A stretch of 64,000 nt of DNA from Candidatus Micrarchaeia archaeon (lineage in GTDB: Archaea; Micrarchaeota; Micrarchaeia; Anstonellales; Anstonellaceae): positions 21,123-85,122 of the forward strand of contig JBAYMR010000003.1 of NCBI GenBank assembly GCA_041663445.1. Reading direction: 5' to 3'. Below, piece by piece: positions 36,884 to 46,888 of this stretch (position 1 is the stretch's first letter; every line of letters begins with the position of its first letter). Under the pieces are notes generated by a model, which worked only from the letters and a program-made list of their open reading frames with translations, had not been told where the DNA came from and did not search any database. A program made the translations under genes and the position numbers.

Positions 36884-38632
36884 ATGGCAAAAGCAAAAGA
36901 TGGCAACTATTCCTGGCTGTGGCTCGCATTGGTTTTCGTCGGGGCGGCAATCATTTTCTCGATTGCCCTGCCTGCCGGGCATGCTGCGCAAGAGGAGCCT
37001 GCGCAGCAGGCAAGCTATCCAATCGATTCCAATGCCGTTACAACGCTTGACAGGGTAGTTCTTCCAGTTCCCGTGCCATCAACGTCCCCCAAGCTCCCTC
37101 CCGAGGCGATTTCCAATTTCTCGCAGTATGGCTATGGCAAGTGGGAGTACGGGCGCGGGCTTGGCTTTGAAAAAAGGCTGGACCTCATGCCCTCCGCGTA
37201 CAATGGCACGTCCGCCACGGGAGCTGCAAGGCTCCTGAATTTCTTCACCATGACCGACATCCACCTTACCGACAAGGAATCCCCCGCAGAGGCGGTCTAT
37301 TACGGCTACAAATGGGGCGTAATCTCGGGGTATTCCCCCGCCATGCTATACACAACACACATGCTCGACGCAGCCATCCAGACCGTCAACTCCCTCCACA
37401 AGGAAAACCCGTTTGATTTCGGCATCTCATTGGGCGACGATATCAACAGCGCGCAGTACAACGAGCTAAGATGGTTCATAGACGTCCTTGACGGCAAGAA
37501 CATAATCCCCGATTCCGGCGCCAGGGATGACCCGGTCCCCGGGCCACTCAATGATTACCAGGACGAATACAGGGCGGCAGGGCTTGACAAGTCAATCCCG
37601 TGGTACCAGGCGCTTGGCAACCACGACCATTTCTGGATGGGCATGTTCACCCCCGACTCTTACGTCAAGGATGCCATGGCTGGCAATGCATCGCTTGACA
37701 TCGGCAACATATTCACCAGCCCCCTTGGCATAAAATCCCGCGGCTTCTACATGGGCGCAATAGACGGCAGGACGCCTTACGGCGACATTGTGGGCGCAGG
37801 CCCCGTCGGCAATTTCCCATCCGCCCCAGTTGTGCCTTCCGACCCAGACCGCCGCTTCCTTTCCAAAAACGAGTGGATGGCCGAATTTTTCAACACGACA
37901 TCAAAACCCGCAGGGCACGGATTCACCCAAGCGGGCGTGGCGGACGGGTTTGCCTGCTACTCTTTCGAGCCGAACTCAAGCCTGCCCGTCAAGGTCATTG
38001 TGCTTGACGATACGCAAGGGGAAGACGACACCGATGGCAACAGCGGGCACGGCTCCATTGACCAAAAGCGCTATGACTGGCTTGTGAAAGAGCTGGACGC
38101 GGGCCAGGCTGAAGGCAAGCTCATGATAATCGCCGCGCACATCCCGATAGGCATTGAACTGGACAGCTCTGGGCTTGGCGCCCTGATGACTTGGAGCGAA
38201 TACGCGGCTGTATCCGATACCGCGCTTCTTGCCAAGCTCCACACATACCCGAATCTCATATTGCTGGTCGCAGGGCACCGCCATTTCAATACAGTCACTG
38301 CGCTAAAATCGCCCGATGCCTCCCGCCCTGAGCTTGGCTTCTGGGAGGTCGAAACCGCGTCATTGAGGGAGTTCCCCCAGCAGTTCCGCACTTTCGAGAT
38401 TGTCCGCAACAGCGACAACACAATCTCCATATTTGCAACCGATATTGACCCTGCTGCAAAAGAAGGCTCCCCCGCCGCGCTGTCCCGCTCTTATGCCATT
38501 GCGGCGCACCAGATATTCAATGATTCGAAAACCAACATGCCCTCCGGGGCATACAACGTGGAGCTGGTCAAGCAACTGACTCCTGAAATGCAGGCAAAAA
38601 TAAAGAACTACGGGACGCCCTTGGGCAAGTGA
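36884..38632 (+). CDS. Secreted calcineurin-like metallophosphoesterase (TIGR03768-like)
   Basis: N-terminal TM/signal, FFTMTDIHLTDKESP, GDDINS, GNHD, AAHIP and AGHRH motifs. Confidence 0.8.
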   Translation: MAKAKDGNYSWLWLALVFVGAAIIFSIALPAGHAAQEEPAQQASYPIDSNAVTTLDRVVLPVPVPSTSPKLPPEAISNFSQYGYGKWEYGRGLGFEKRLDLMPSAYNGTSATGAARLLNFFTMTDIHLTDKESPAEAVYYGYKWGVISGYSPAMLYTTHMLDAAIQTVNSLHKENPFDFGISLGDDINSAQYNELRWFIDVLDGKNIIPDSGARDDPVPGPLNDYQDEYRAAGLDKSIPWYQALGNHDHFWMGMFTPDSYVKDAMAGNASLDIGNIFTSPLGIKSRGFYMGAIDGRTPYGDIVGAGPVGNFPSAPVVPSDPDRRFLSKNEWMAEFFNTTSKPAGHGFTQAGVADGFACYSFEPNSSLPVKVIVLDDTQGEDDTDGNSGHGSIDQKRYDWLVKELDAGQAEGKLMIIAAHIPIGIELDSSGLGALMTWSEYAAVSDTALLAKLHTYPNLILLVAGHRHFNTVTALKSPDASRPELGFWEVETASLREFPQQFRTFEIVRNSDNTISIFATDIDPAAKEGSPAALSRSYAIAAHQIFNDSKTNMPSGAYNVELVKQLTPEMQAKIKNYGTPLGK

Positions 38633-38698
38633 TGCATAGCGCTTTATCCTCGCCCAGCCTCCAAAGCGCCAATGCTGGCAACGCCAACCGCGCCGGGG

Positions 38699-39898
38699 CT
38701 ATCTTATCCTGCCCAGCAATTTCAAAATCGTGCCTGCAATCCCCCTGCCTTCCTCTTTCCCGCTTCCCTCTGCTTCCGCAGGCTCCGCCTTCCCGTCCAG
38801 CACTTCCTCAAGCGCGCGAAGCCCTGCGATGGATTTTTCCAGCGACGCCCTGTCCACGCCGGCAAGCTCCGCCCTTTTCCGCATTATCCTTTCCGCGCGC
38901 GCCCATTCCTTTTCATCCTCGCTTTTTGTCTTCCCAAGCTCGGACAGCCTTTCGGCAATCTTCCGCGCGCTTTCATCATGCCCCGGCAGGCAGGCAAGCC
39001 CTGGCGCGCGCGAGTCTGCGGAAAACGACATTATGCCGAACAGGAAGCTTCTCCTCGCAGCCACTTCCTGCCTGAACAGGGGCAAGTCCACTCCCAGGTG
39101 CCGAAGCTTCTGCTCGCTTTCCCCAACCATCTCGTGCAGCTGCCCTGCCGATTTTCCCTCGAGCCTTGCCTGCTTCAAAAATGCAGCCAGCGCATCCGCA
39201 TCCTGCGCGCTTAGCTCCGGAAAGCCCATTTTTCCAAGCTCCCCTTCCTTCATTTTCCCGAGAAGCGCGCCAAGCGGCATGGATTTCAGCGCCTGCACGT
39301 GCGATTGCCAGATTTTAGAAAGCTGCCCCTCAAGCCGCGCCATCTCGTCGTGCCTTTTCACCCTTTCCGCGTCTATCGCAGGCTCATTCTCCAGCCATTC
39401 CAAGCCGGAAAGCTTTGCCTCTGCCTCGCGCCTTGTGCGCTCAAGCTGCGCCTTTTTCTTCAGGAGCATGCCATCCACAATCTCCAGCCTCGCGCCCATT
39501 TCCAGAAAAGAGTAGAACTCGGCGGCTTCGCGCCTTGCCTTGTCCGTGCTTTTTGACCTCAGCAGCTTGATGATGGAGACCATCCTCTTCCCGTGCTCCA
39601 GCGTGATGTGCTTGTTCTCATACTCGGACACAAGGTGCTGCTCGAAGTTCTTCAGGTCCTTTGCCTTGCGCCGTATTTTCCTTGAGAACTTCACCTTCGA
39701 TTCAAAGGCGGCGTGCTCCTTTTCCTGCATCTGGCTGCTTACGTCCTCTATTTCATCTATGATGTCGGACAAGTCCGTGCAGTCCTCCAGCAGGAAATGG
39801 AAATCCTCCCCGCCCGCAAGCGCAAGCTTGCCCTCTATCCGCCTCTTCTCCAGCACAAGGGCGCGCACCTCTTTTCCATCATTCCCTATATCGTCCAT
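38699..39898 (-). CDS. Hypothetical coiled-coil/helical protein
   Basis: About 400-aa E/K/L/A-rich ORF; start uncertain. Confidence 0.65.
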   Translation of the reverse strand: MDDIGNDGKEVRALVLEKRRIEGKLALAGGEDFHFLLEDCTDLSDIIDEIEDVSSQMQEKEHAAFESKVKFSRKIRRKAKDLKNFEQHLVSEYENKHITLEHGKRMVSIIKLLRSKSTDKARREAAEFYSFLEMGARLEIVDGMLLKKKAQLERTRREAEAKLSGLEWLENEPAIDAERVKRHDEMARLEGQLSKIWQSHVQALKSMPLGALLGKMKEGELGKMGFPELSAQDADALAAFLKQARLEGKSAGQLHEMVGESEQKLRHLGVDLPLFRQEVAARRSFLFGIMSFSADSRAPGLACLPGHDESARKIAERLSELGKTKSEDEKEWARAERIMRKRAELAGVDRASLEKSIAGLRALEEVLDGKAEPAEAEGSGKEEGRGIAGTILKLLGRIR

Positions 39899-40063
39899 AT
39901 CATTGCCAAAAAGATTCCGCTGGGAAGGGTTAAAGGGCTTATTGCGCAGGGCGGGGAAGGCAAGGGCAATTCCGCCCCGGGCGCAGGCTTCCTGCTTTTC
40001 ACGTAACACCAGTTTCCATCATTTTACACAAACTTTATAAATCATCCCAATCACTATCCATCC

Positions 40064-41827
40064 ATGGACTTTTCTCCACCCCTTAGCAAATCCCATATCT
40101 CGGTATTTGTTACAAGCAACGGGCAGCGCAAGCTGGTGGCGGAGCTTCCAAAAAGCGCGCTTGGCGACTTCAGGCGCTACATGCTCGCCTCAACCGAGGT
40201 GCCATTGCAGGAGCGCACCCGCTGGGCCTCCCACGGCAACATCCATCGGGAAAGCCTGCTCGGGGCGGCCCTCTTCGACACCGGGCGCCTGATTGGCGAG
40301 CTTGAGCCCCAGGCGGCAAGCCTGGAAGCCGCCATCGCCCATGCCAACAAGGCGCGCCTGGAATCCATGCAGGCGCTTTCCATGAACCGCGGAAAGGCAG
40401 CCGACCTTGTCAAAAGCCTCTCGGGCACGGCAGAATCGCTCAAGCAAACAATCGCTGACATCCGCGTTTCGCTCGAAGGGTGCCCATCCCTCAAGGAAAT
40501 GGGCGCCGAGCTTAGCAGCCAAGCCCTGGTCGCGTTGGACTGCTTTGCCGAAGCCGAAAGCCTCCTGGAAATCCAGCACTCCCAAAAGCTAAGGAAGCAG
40601 ATGTGCTGCGACCAAATGGCGCAAATCGCAGTGCTGTGCGACGGAGCAGCGGATTACCTTGGAGGGAACTATTCCATGTTCCTGCCCAGGGCGGAGCGGA
40701 TGGCCATTTTCATAACCGACAACGTGCGCCTGCTTGGCCCGGACAGCCGCGGGCGGGAGTATTTCCTTGCAAGCATGTCCCAATATCCCGGCCTGTTTGA
40801 CAAGAAGAAAACCGATTGGGACGGCTACAATGGCATAGCAGACGACGTGAGGAGCCTGATTTTCAAGTTAAACGGCTCGATATCGGGCATACAGCACGCA
40901 TCCCAGAAATATGCCAGCGAGCACAAGCGTTTTTTCGGCACCATGGCAATTCCCCCCAGCCCGAACCAGGATTTCATTTTGGGCGCGAGGGAAACGATTT
41001 CCCGGCTCAATGTCTTCAATTCCGTGATAAAACGCCTTTTTGACGCCCATCGGACGTACATGGTTTCATTCGGCGCGCTCTGCACGGTGTTGAAAGAGCA
41101 AAAGAAGCTTGAGGCAAATCTTGCCGCGCTCCCAAGCCTTAACAAAGAGGCGGCGGCGCTCCTGCAAATCCGGCAAAGGCTTGCCGGCCTTCGCGCAACC
41201 GAGCGCGAGCTTGCGGAAGAGCTTGATTCCCTCAAGGAAGAAAGGATGCTTGGCGAAAGGCGCAAGCAACAGCACAGGGAAAACCACGTCTGCCTCGAGC
41301 AGTGGGAAAAGATAAAAAATGGCACAGGGAGCGACCCCCGGCAGCGCTTCACCTTTTCCAGGGAGCCGCAAATCGAGCCCGCATCGGAAGACTGTGCAAA
41401 TGCCGTCAAGCAGCGGTTTGTCTCCAACGCGCTGGCCGTTTTCAACAGCCCTATCGCCCGCAACGCCGCGCTCCGCGACCAGTTCGAGGCCACCCTTTCC
41501 GAGCTTGCCGAGCTTTACCTGAAATGCAAATGCTCGCTCACTGGCAAGTCGCTCTACTCCCGGTTCCCAAAGCGCGCGAAGCACGAGACGGTCTTTCGGA
41601 ACGACGCGAACGATTACGACGTCTTGCGCATCGGGCTTTCCAGCACCAACGTCTACAGGCTGATTATCGACGTGAAAGACCCGCGCCGCCCGCTCATCTA
41701 CTTTGTGGGGCACAAGGACGATTGCAAGGCATTCATGGATTCGATACCCCGGAAAATCCCCTCTTTCCGCGAAAAGGCGCTCTCAAACGGCGCAGGGGCG
41801 CTCTTCCCATCCCTCTCGCCCGAGTGA
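40064..41827 (+). CDS. Coiled-coil protein with a putative C-terminal RelE-like domain
   Basis: Helical body; C-terminal VLRIG...YRLIIDV...LIYFVGHKD resembles the RelE/StbE beta-sheet pattern. Confidence 0.55.
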   Translation: MDFSPPLSKSHISVFVTSNGQRKLVAELPKSALGDFRRYMLASTEVPLQERTRWASHGNIHRESLLGAALFDTGRLIGELEPQAASLEAAIAHANKARLESMQALSMNRGKAADLVKSLSGTAESLKQTIADIRVSLEGCPSLKEMGAELSSQALVALDCFAEAESLLEIQHSQKLRKQMCCDQMAQIAVLCDGAADYLGGNYSMFLPRAERMAIFITDNVRLLGPDSRGREYFLASMSQYPGLFDKKKTDWDGYNGIADDVRSLIFKLNGSISGIQHASQKYASEHKRFFGTMAIPPSPNQDFILGARETISRLNVFNSVIKRLFDAHRTYMVSFGALCTVLKEQKKLEANLAALPSLNKEAAALLQIRQRLAGLRATERELAEELDSLKEERMLGERRKQQHRENHVCLEQWEKIKNGTGSDPRQRFTFSREPQIEPASEDCANAVKQRFVSNALAVFNSPIARNAALRDQFEATLSELAELYLKCKCSLTGKSLYSRFPKRAKHETVFRNDANDYDVLRIGLSSTNVYRLIIDVKDPRRPLIYFVGHKDDCKAFMDSIPRKIPSFREKALSNGAGALFPSLSPE

Positions 41828-41884
41828 TAACCTATTTATACTCCTCCATTCCCATTACGTCGGTCATTCTAAAGAGGTGAGCTT

Positions 41885-42853
41885 ATGGCAACTGACACGG
41901 GTTTCCATCCAGGGTGGGGCATGCGCCTAAGGGTCATGCTGACAAGCATACTCGTATTCGGATTGGTGGCGGCGGTAATGGGGCTGCTCCTCAACGCGCT
42001 TGGCTTCGGCGGGTCGGGAAGCATCCTGATGTGGATGGCTGTCTCGTTCGTCATGATAGGCGTGCAGTGGTATTTCGGGCCGGTAATAATCAAGTGGGCG
42101 ACGGGCGCAAAGGAGCTCACGCGCGAATCGGCGCCCGAGCTTTTCGAAACCGTGCAGCGCCTCACGAAGAAAGCCGGCCTTCCCATGCCCAAGCTTTACA
42201 CGGTGAACAACCCCACGCCAAACGCATTCGCGTTCGGCAGGACGCAATCCGACTCGGGCATCGCGGTGCACGCGGGGCTCCTCTCCGCGCTCAACAAGGA
42301 CGAGGTGGAAGGCGTGCTCGCGCACGAAATCGGGCACATAAACAACCGCGACGTGGCGGTGATGACGCTGGCAAGCGTCATTCCGGTGATGCTCTACTAC
42401 GGCTTCCTGATTTTCGGCAGGGACGACGACGGCAACGGCAGCATCATGACCATACTCGGCGCATTCGTGGCGCAGTTCATAGGGCAGCTGCTCGTGATGT
42501 GGCTCTCGCGCCAGCGCGAATATTTCGCCGACGAGTTTTCCGCGCGCCTCACCGGCAACCCGGTGCACCTCATGTCCGCGCTTGCAAAAATATCCTACGG
42601 GCAGGCAGCAGGGGCAGGGAAATCCGGCACGGGCAACAACATGGCAAGCGCGCTCTACATCGCCGAGGCATCGAATGCCAGGATGGACGTGGCGGAAATC
42701 GCCAGCGCCATCCGCAGCGGCAACGAGGCCGGGCTTGCAGAGGCGATAGAGAAGGAAAAGAAGGGCGGCGCACTGGAGTTCCTCATGACCCACCCCCTCA
42801 CTTCAAAAAGGCTTGAGAGGCTATTGAAGCTGAAGAAGGGGATTGCTGCCTGA
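41885..42853 (+). CDS. htpX: HtpX-like M48 zinc metalloprotease
   Basis: PNAFAFG, AHEIGH, REYFAD, LAKI and THP, with TM helices. Confidence 0.92.
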   Translation: MATDTGFHPGWGMRLRVMLTSILVFGLVAAVMGLLLNALGFGGSGSILMWMAVSFVMIGVQWYFGPVIIKWATGAKELTRESAPELFETVQRLTKKAGLPMPKLYTVNNPTPNAFAFGRTQSDSGIAVHAGLLSALNKDEVEGVLAHEIGHINNRDVAVMTLASVIPVMLYYGFLIFGRDDDGNGSIMTILGAFVAQFIGQLLVMWLSRQREYFADEFSARLTGNPVHLMSALAKISYGQAAGAGKSGTGNNMASALYIAEASNARMDVAEIASAIRSGNEAGLAEAIEKEKKGGALEFLMTHPLTSKRLERLLKLKKGIAA

Positions 42854-42865
42854 AACGGTGATTTT

Positions 42866-45718
42866 TTGGAAAAGATAAGCGACGGGATTTGGGAAATGCC
42901 GCGCGAGGGCGCCATGAGGGTGGCTGCGCGCGTGTTTGCTACCGACAAGATGTTCGCCACCATGGGCAAGGACAGGACATTCGGGCAGCTTCGAAACGTC
43001 GCATCATTGCCCGGCATCGTGGGCAAGGCATGCCTCATGCCGGACGGGCACGAGGGCTACGGCTTCCCCATCGGCGGCGTGGCGGCATTCGACCCGGAGC
43101 AGGGCGGTGTGGTGTCGCCGGGCGGAGTCGGCTATGACATCAACTGCCTCGAGGCAAAATCAAAAATCCTCACCGAATTCGGCTTTTCATTGCCCATCGA
43201 GAAATTTGCAACTCAGTTTGAAAGCTTCGAGCGCTCAGGCGGCTATCTTGTGAGCATGTATAGCTCTGCCTTGCAGGTGCGCACGCTTGCAGGCAGCCTG
43301 CTTTCCTCTGCAAAGCCCGTCGCATTCATGTCGAAGAAAGCAGACAAGCGCATGCTTGAGGTAAAGACGCTCTGCGGGAAGCGGCTAGTGTGCTCAGAAG
43401 ACCACCCAGTTCTTACAAGAAGTGGCATGGTGAAAGCGGGCGAACTTGCTTCTGGCAAGGAAATTGCAGTCTCGCTTTTCGAGGGCGTTGAGTTTGAGCA
43501 GCCCGCTGCCTTTGCAGGCAAGGTGGAAGAGCTTGCCATCTGGGCCAAGCTCCTTGGCTACATGATGGGGGACGGTACGTTTTACACTTCTGGCGGGAAG
43601 ATGCGCACGGTTGCCTATGGAAAGCGCGAGGACTTGGAGGCGATGCAGAAGGACGTCTCAAGGCTGGGCTTCCATTCACACATCGTTGAAAGGCAAAGAA
43701 ACCACATCATTGAAACACAGTATGGCAGGAAGGAATTTTCCTCCTCAAACTGCGAGCTTCACATATACTCGCAGGAATTCTGCGAAAAGATTTCCGGGCT
43801 TGGCATGCCGATGGGCAAGAAAGCTTCGCAGGGCTATCGCGTGCCGCAGTGGCTTAACGAGTCGCCAAAATGGGTGAAAAGGCTTTTCCTCGCAGGCCTG
43901 TTCGGCGCAGAGCTCACCTCTCCAAAAACGCACTCGCGCACTGGCTTTAACGCGCCAATATTCGCGCAGAACAAGAACGAGGCGAATCTTGAGTCCGGCA
44001 GGATGTTCATGATTGACATCATGCGCCTGCTGGAGGAATTCGGAGTGAAAACCACCAAGATAGCCCAGAGGGCCGAACATAAAAACCTCGAGGGAAAGAC
44101 CTGCCGGCTCAGGCTTGAGATATCTGCCGAGGAAGAGAACCTTTTCCGCCTTTTCACCCTCGTGGGCATTGAATATTCAGTGCACAAGGCCAAGCTTTCC
44201 GAAATCGCCTCGCTTTACATCAAAAGGAAGCAGAAGTTGTCAGGAAAGCGTGCAGCCATTGCTGCTCGCGTGCGCGAGCTTAAGCAGAAAGGCGTAAGGC
44301 TCTCCGAGGCTCAGCAGCTTCTTTGCAGCGAAATTGCAAATGCGCGCTTCATAGAGCGTGCCTATTACGAAGGAAGAGTGCCAAGAATATCGCAGGGCTT
44401 TGAGCCATTCGAAAAGTTTGTCGGGAGGATGACGGCTGAAATCTCCTCAAACGGCGTGCTGTTTGACGAAATCGCCTCGATAACAGAAGTGCCCTACACT
44501 GGCGACGTCTATGATTTCACGGTGGAAGGCTCGCACAACTTTGTGGCGGATGGCATAATTGTTTCCAATTGCGGCGTAAGGCTCATCTCCACCCCGCTTA
44601 CTTCAGCCGAGGTGCGCGCGAAAATGCGCCAGCTCGTGGACCTTCTTTTCAAGAACGTCCCGTCGGGAGTCGGCTCCAAGGGCAAGCTGCGCGTGACGGA
44701 ACGCGAGCTTGACGAGGCCCTCACGCGCGGCATTGACTGGGCAATAGACTCGGGGTACGGCACGCGGCAGGACAAGGAAAGGACGGAGGAAGGCGGCAGG
44801 ATGGAGGGCGCAGACCCGTCAGCCGTCACTGAAAAGGCGAAAAAGAGGGGCTTGCCCCAGTTCGGGACGGTGGGCGCGGGCAACCATTTCGTCGAGATAC
44901 AGGATGTCGGGGAAATAATGCTCCCTGACGTAGCCGAAAAGTTCGGCGTGAAAAAAGGCAACGCCGTTGTCATGCTCCACTGCGGCTCGCGCGGGTTCGG
45001 GCACCAGGTGTGCGACGATTCCCTGCGCGACATGCTTGCGGCATCAAGGAAATACGGGATAGCGCTTCCCGACCCGGAGCTTTGCTGCGCGCCCATAAAT
45101 TCCCCCGAGGCGGAGAAATACCTCAAGGGGATGCGCTGCGCGGTGAATTACGCATTCTGCAACCGCCACATCATGATGCACTGGGTGAGGGAAACATTCG
45201 ACGAGGTGTTCGGCAAGGGCACGTCCGACCAGATGCCGCTTGTCTACGACGTGTGCCACAACATAGCAAAATTCGAGGAGCACACGGTGGACGGGCAGAG
45301 GAAGAAGGTGTGCGTTCACCGCAAAGGCGCCACACGCGCATTCGCCGCGGGCAGGATGGAAGTGCCCGCGATTTACCGCGACATCGGCCAGCCGGTGATA
45401 ATCCCGGGCAGCATGGGCACATCCTCCTATCTGCTTGTGGGCAAGCAGGGGGCGATGGACAACACGTTCGGCTCCTCATGCCACGGCGCAGGGCGTGCAA
45501 TGAGCCGCTCGCGCGCAATCCACACGTGGAAGGGCAATGCCATCCAGGGCGAGCTTGCGGGCAGGGGCATAATGGTCAAGTCCACCGAGTCGGAGCTTCT
45601 TGCCGAGGAGGCGCCGGGCGCCTACAAGGACGTTGACGAGGTCGTGCTTTCGGTCCAGGCTGCCGGCATCTCGGACATCGTCGCGAAGCTGCTGCCGATG
45701 GGCGTTGTGAAGGGTTAA
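42866..45718 (+). CDS. rtcB: RNA-splicing ligase RtcB interrupted by an intein
   Basis: PDGHEGYGFPIGG, GGVGYDIN|C, GNHFVE, HCGSRG, HRKGAT, HGAGR and EEAPGAYK. Confidence 0.96.
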   Translation: MEKISDGIWEMPREGAMRVAARVFATDKMFATMGKDRTFGQLRNVASLPGIVGKACLMPDGHEGYGFPIGGVAAFDPEQGGVVSPGGVGYDINCLEAKSKILTEFGFSLPIEKFATQFESFERSGGYLVSMYSSALQVRTLAGSLLSSAKPVAFMSKKADKRMLEVKTLCGKRLVCSEDHPVLTRSGMVKAGELASGKEIAVSLFEGVEFEQPAAFAGKVEELAIWAKLLGYMMGDGTFYTSGGKMRTVAYGKREDLEAMQKDVSRLGFHSHIVERQRNHIIETQYGRKEFSSSNCELHIYSQEFCEKISGLGMPMGKKASQGYRVPQWLNESPKWVKRLFLAGLFGAELTSPKTHSRTGFNAPIFAQNKNEANLESGRMFMIDIMRLLEEFGVKTTKIAQRAEHKNLEGKTCRLRLEISAEEENLFRLFTLVGIEYSVHKAKLSEIASLYIKRKQKLSGKRAAIAARVRELKQKGVRLSEAQQLLCSEIANARFIERAYYEGRVPRISQGFEPFEKFVGRMTAEISSNGVLFDEIASITEVPYTGDVYDFTVEGSHNFVADGIIVSNCGVRLISTPLTSAEVRAKMRQLVDLLFKNVPSGVGSKGKLRVTERELDEALTRGIDWAIDSGYGTRQDKERTEEGGRMEGADPSAVTEKAKKRGLPQFGTVGAGNHFVEIQDVGEIMLPDVAEKFGVKKGNAVVMLHCGSRGFGHQVCDDSLRDMLAASRKYGIALPDPELCCAPINSPEAEKYLKGMRCAVNYAFCNRHIMMHWVRETFDEVFGKGTSDQMPLVYDVCHNIAKFEEHTVDGQRKKVCVHRKGATRAFAAGRMEVPAIYRDIGQPVIIPGSMGTSSYLLVGKQGAMDNTFGSSCHGAGRAMSRSRAIHTWKGNAIQGELAGRGIMVKSTESELLAEEAPGAYKDVDEVVLSVQAAGISDIVAKLLPMGVVKG
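43145..44569 (+). mobile_element. Intein (475 aa) with LAGLIDADG homing endonuclease in rtcB
   Basis: Begins CLEAKSKI, block B SEDHP, LLGYMMGDG and FLAGLFGAE motifs, block F VYDFTV, ends IIVSN before the extein Cys. Confidence 0.93.
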
Positions 45719-45774
45719 TCCCATCCAAGCGCGCCAAAGCAAGCTTAATAAACTCCAATTGCGCTTTCCAAATC

Positions 45775-46671
45775 ATGAAAGCGGCCGGGCAAATCGAAGC
45801 ACTCCAGGGCGCAATCTCATCGCTTACCCGCGAGTCCAACGCGCTTAGGCGCGCACTTCTCTCTTCCGCAAAGTCGTCTAGCGGTTTTTCCAATTCCATG
45901 GACAAGCTTGAGGACCAGCTCGGGCGCGCGCAGTCGCGCCTCGCGCGCGCGGGCACCGACATCGAGCTGAATGAAACGGCGGTTATCGCCGAAAAAATAT
46001 CCAAGGAGCTGGAGTCGCTCTCCCCGCTTGCAACAGGCGCGGCAGTTGCGGCTGACGGGATTTATGTCGCGCGCGAGTTCCGCGAGATACGCGCCCAGCT
46101 TGGCAAAATGCAGGACACGCTGGATGCAATGGCAAAGCGCACGCGGAAAACGAGGCTGCCCCCCGGCAAAATCGCCGTGCTGTCTTTTTCAAACTCCGCA
46201 AAGCTCGTCAAAGCCAAGCTCGCGCGCGCAGGCAGGCTCCTCACCGCAAAGGACAGCCGCGCGCACCTGCGGCTTTTCGAGGCAAAAGCCGAGGCGCAAG
46301 AGCTTGCCGCAGGGGCGGGCGAGGCGCTCTCCCTGATGGCGCGCTCGCACCTCAAGGGCAAGATACGCGCAGAAAAGGCGGAAATAATCTCGTTCATGCG
46401 CCGCACGGGCGAGGGCAGGATTTTCCTCGACCACAAGCACCTCACGCTCCGCTCGGGCAAGGACTCGATTTCCTTCCCGTTCTCCCAGGCCACCCGCTTT
46501 TGCATGGAAGACCTGGTGCCCGTGGAAAAGCTGTTCGACAACATCGGGAAAAGCGCGGTGGTGATAGGCAGCTTCGAGGAGCGCAACGGCGGGGCAAGGA
46601 TAAGCATCGGCGAGCGGGCGGTGGTGGGCGACACCATCGTCTACCGCGAGAAGACGTTCCTGGTGGGATGA
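45775..46671 (+). CDS. Hypothetical protein (coiled-coil N-terminus, beta-rich C-terminus)
   Basis: 298-aa ORF with typical codon style; no family recognised. Confidence 0.65.
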   Translation: MKAAGQIEALQGAISSLTRESNALRRALLSSAKSSSGFSNSMDKLEDQLGRAQSRLARAGTDIELNETAVIAEKISKELESLSPLATGAAVAADGIYVAREFREIRAQLGKMQDTLDAMAKRTRKTRLPPGKIAVLSFSNSAKLVKAKLARAGRLLTAKDSRAHLRLFEAKAEAQELAAGAGEALSLMARSHLKGKIRAEKAEIISFMRRTGEGRIFLDHKHLTLRSGKDSISFPFSQATRFCMEDLVPVEKLFDNIGKSAVVIGSFEERNGGARISIGERAVVGDTIVYREKTFLVG

Positions 46672-46737
46672 GCAGCCTGCCCGTTTGCGCCCGCCTGCGC
46701 AAGCTTCTTATAGGTTTTGGGGCACAATCGAGGATAC

Positions 46738-46860
46738 AGCGGAATTGCGATTCCGCTTATGAGAAGCTTCTCTGGAAGCTTTCCATGCCTAATATGTGCG
46801 GTTCGTCCAGGCTTCAAGCCGGACCCCGGATAAATCCGGGCAAGTCACGCGAATGGGCAA
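46738..46860 (+). promoter_or_regulatory. Hairpin-rich 5' leader of rpl15e (candidate cis-regulatory RNA)
   Basis: Stems AGCGGAAT/ATTCCGCT, GAGAAGCTTCTC, GGAA/TTCC, GTCC-GGCT/AGCC-GGAC and CCCGGA/TCCGGG lie between a TATA-like element and the start codon. Confidence 0.45.
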
Positions 46861-46888
46861 GCAGGAACAACAAAAGGACGGTGAAAAC

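Noticed and set aside
35683-41827. Intact integrative element at tRNA-Thr spanning the accessory genes
   Set aside because: The only att-like copy I found is 71 bp from the tRNA. No integrase or distal repeat was seen.
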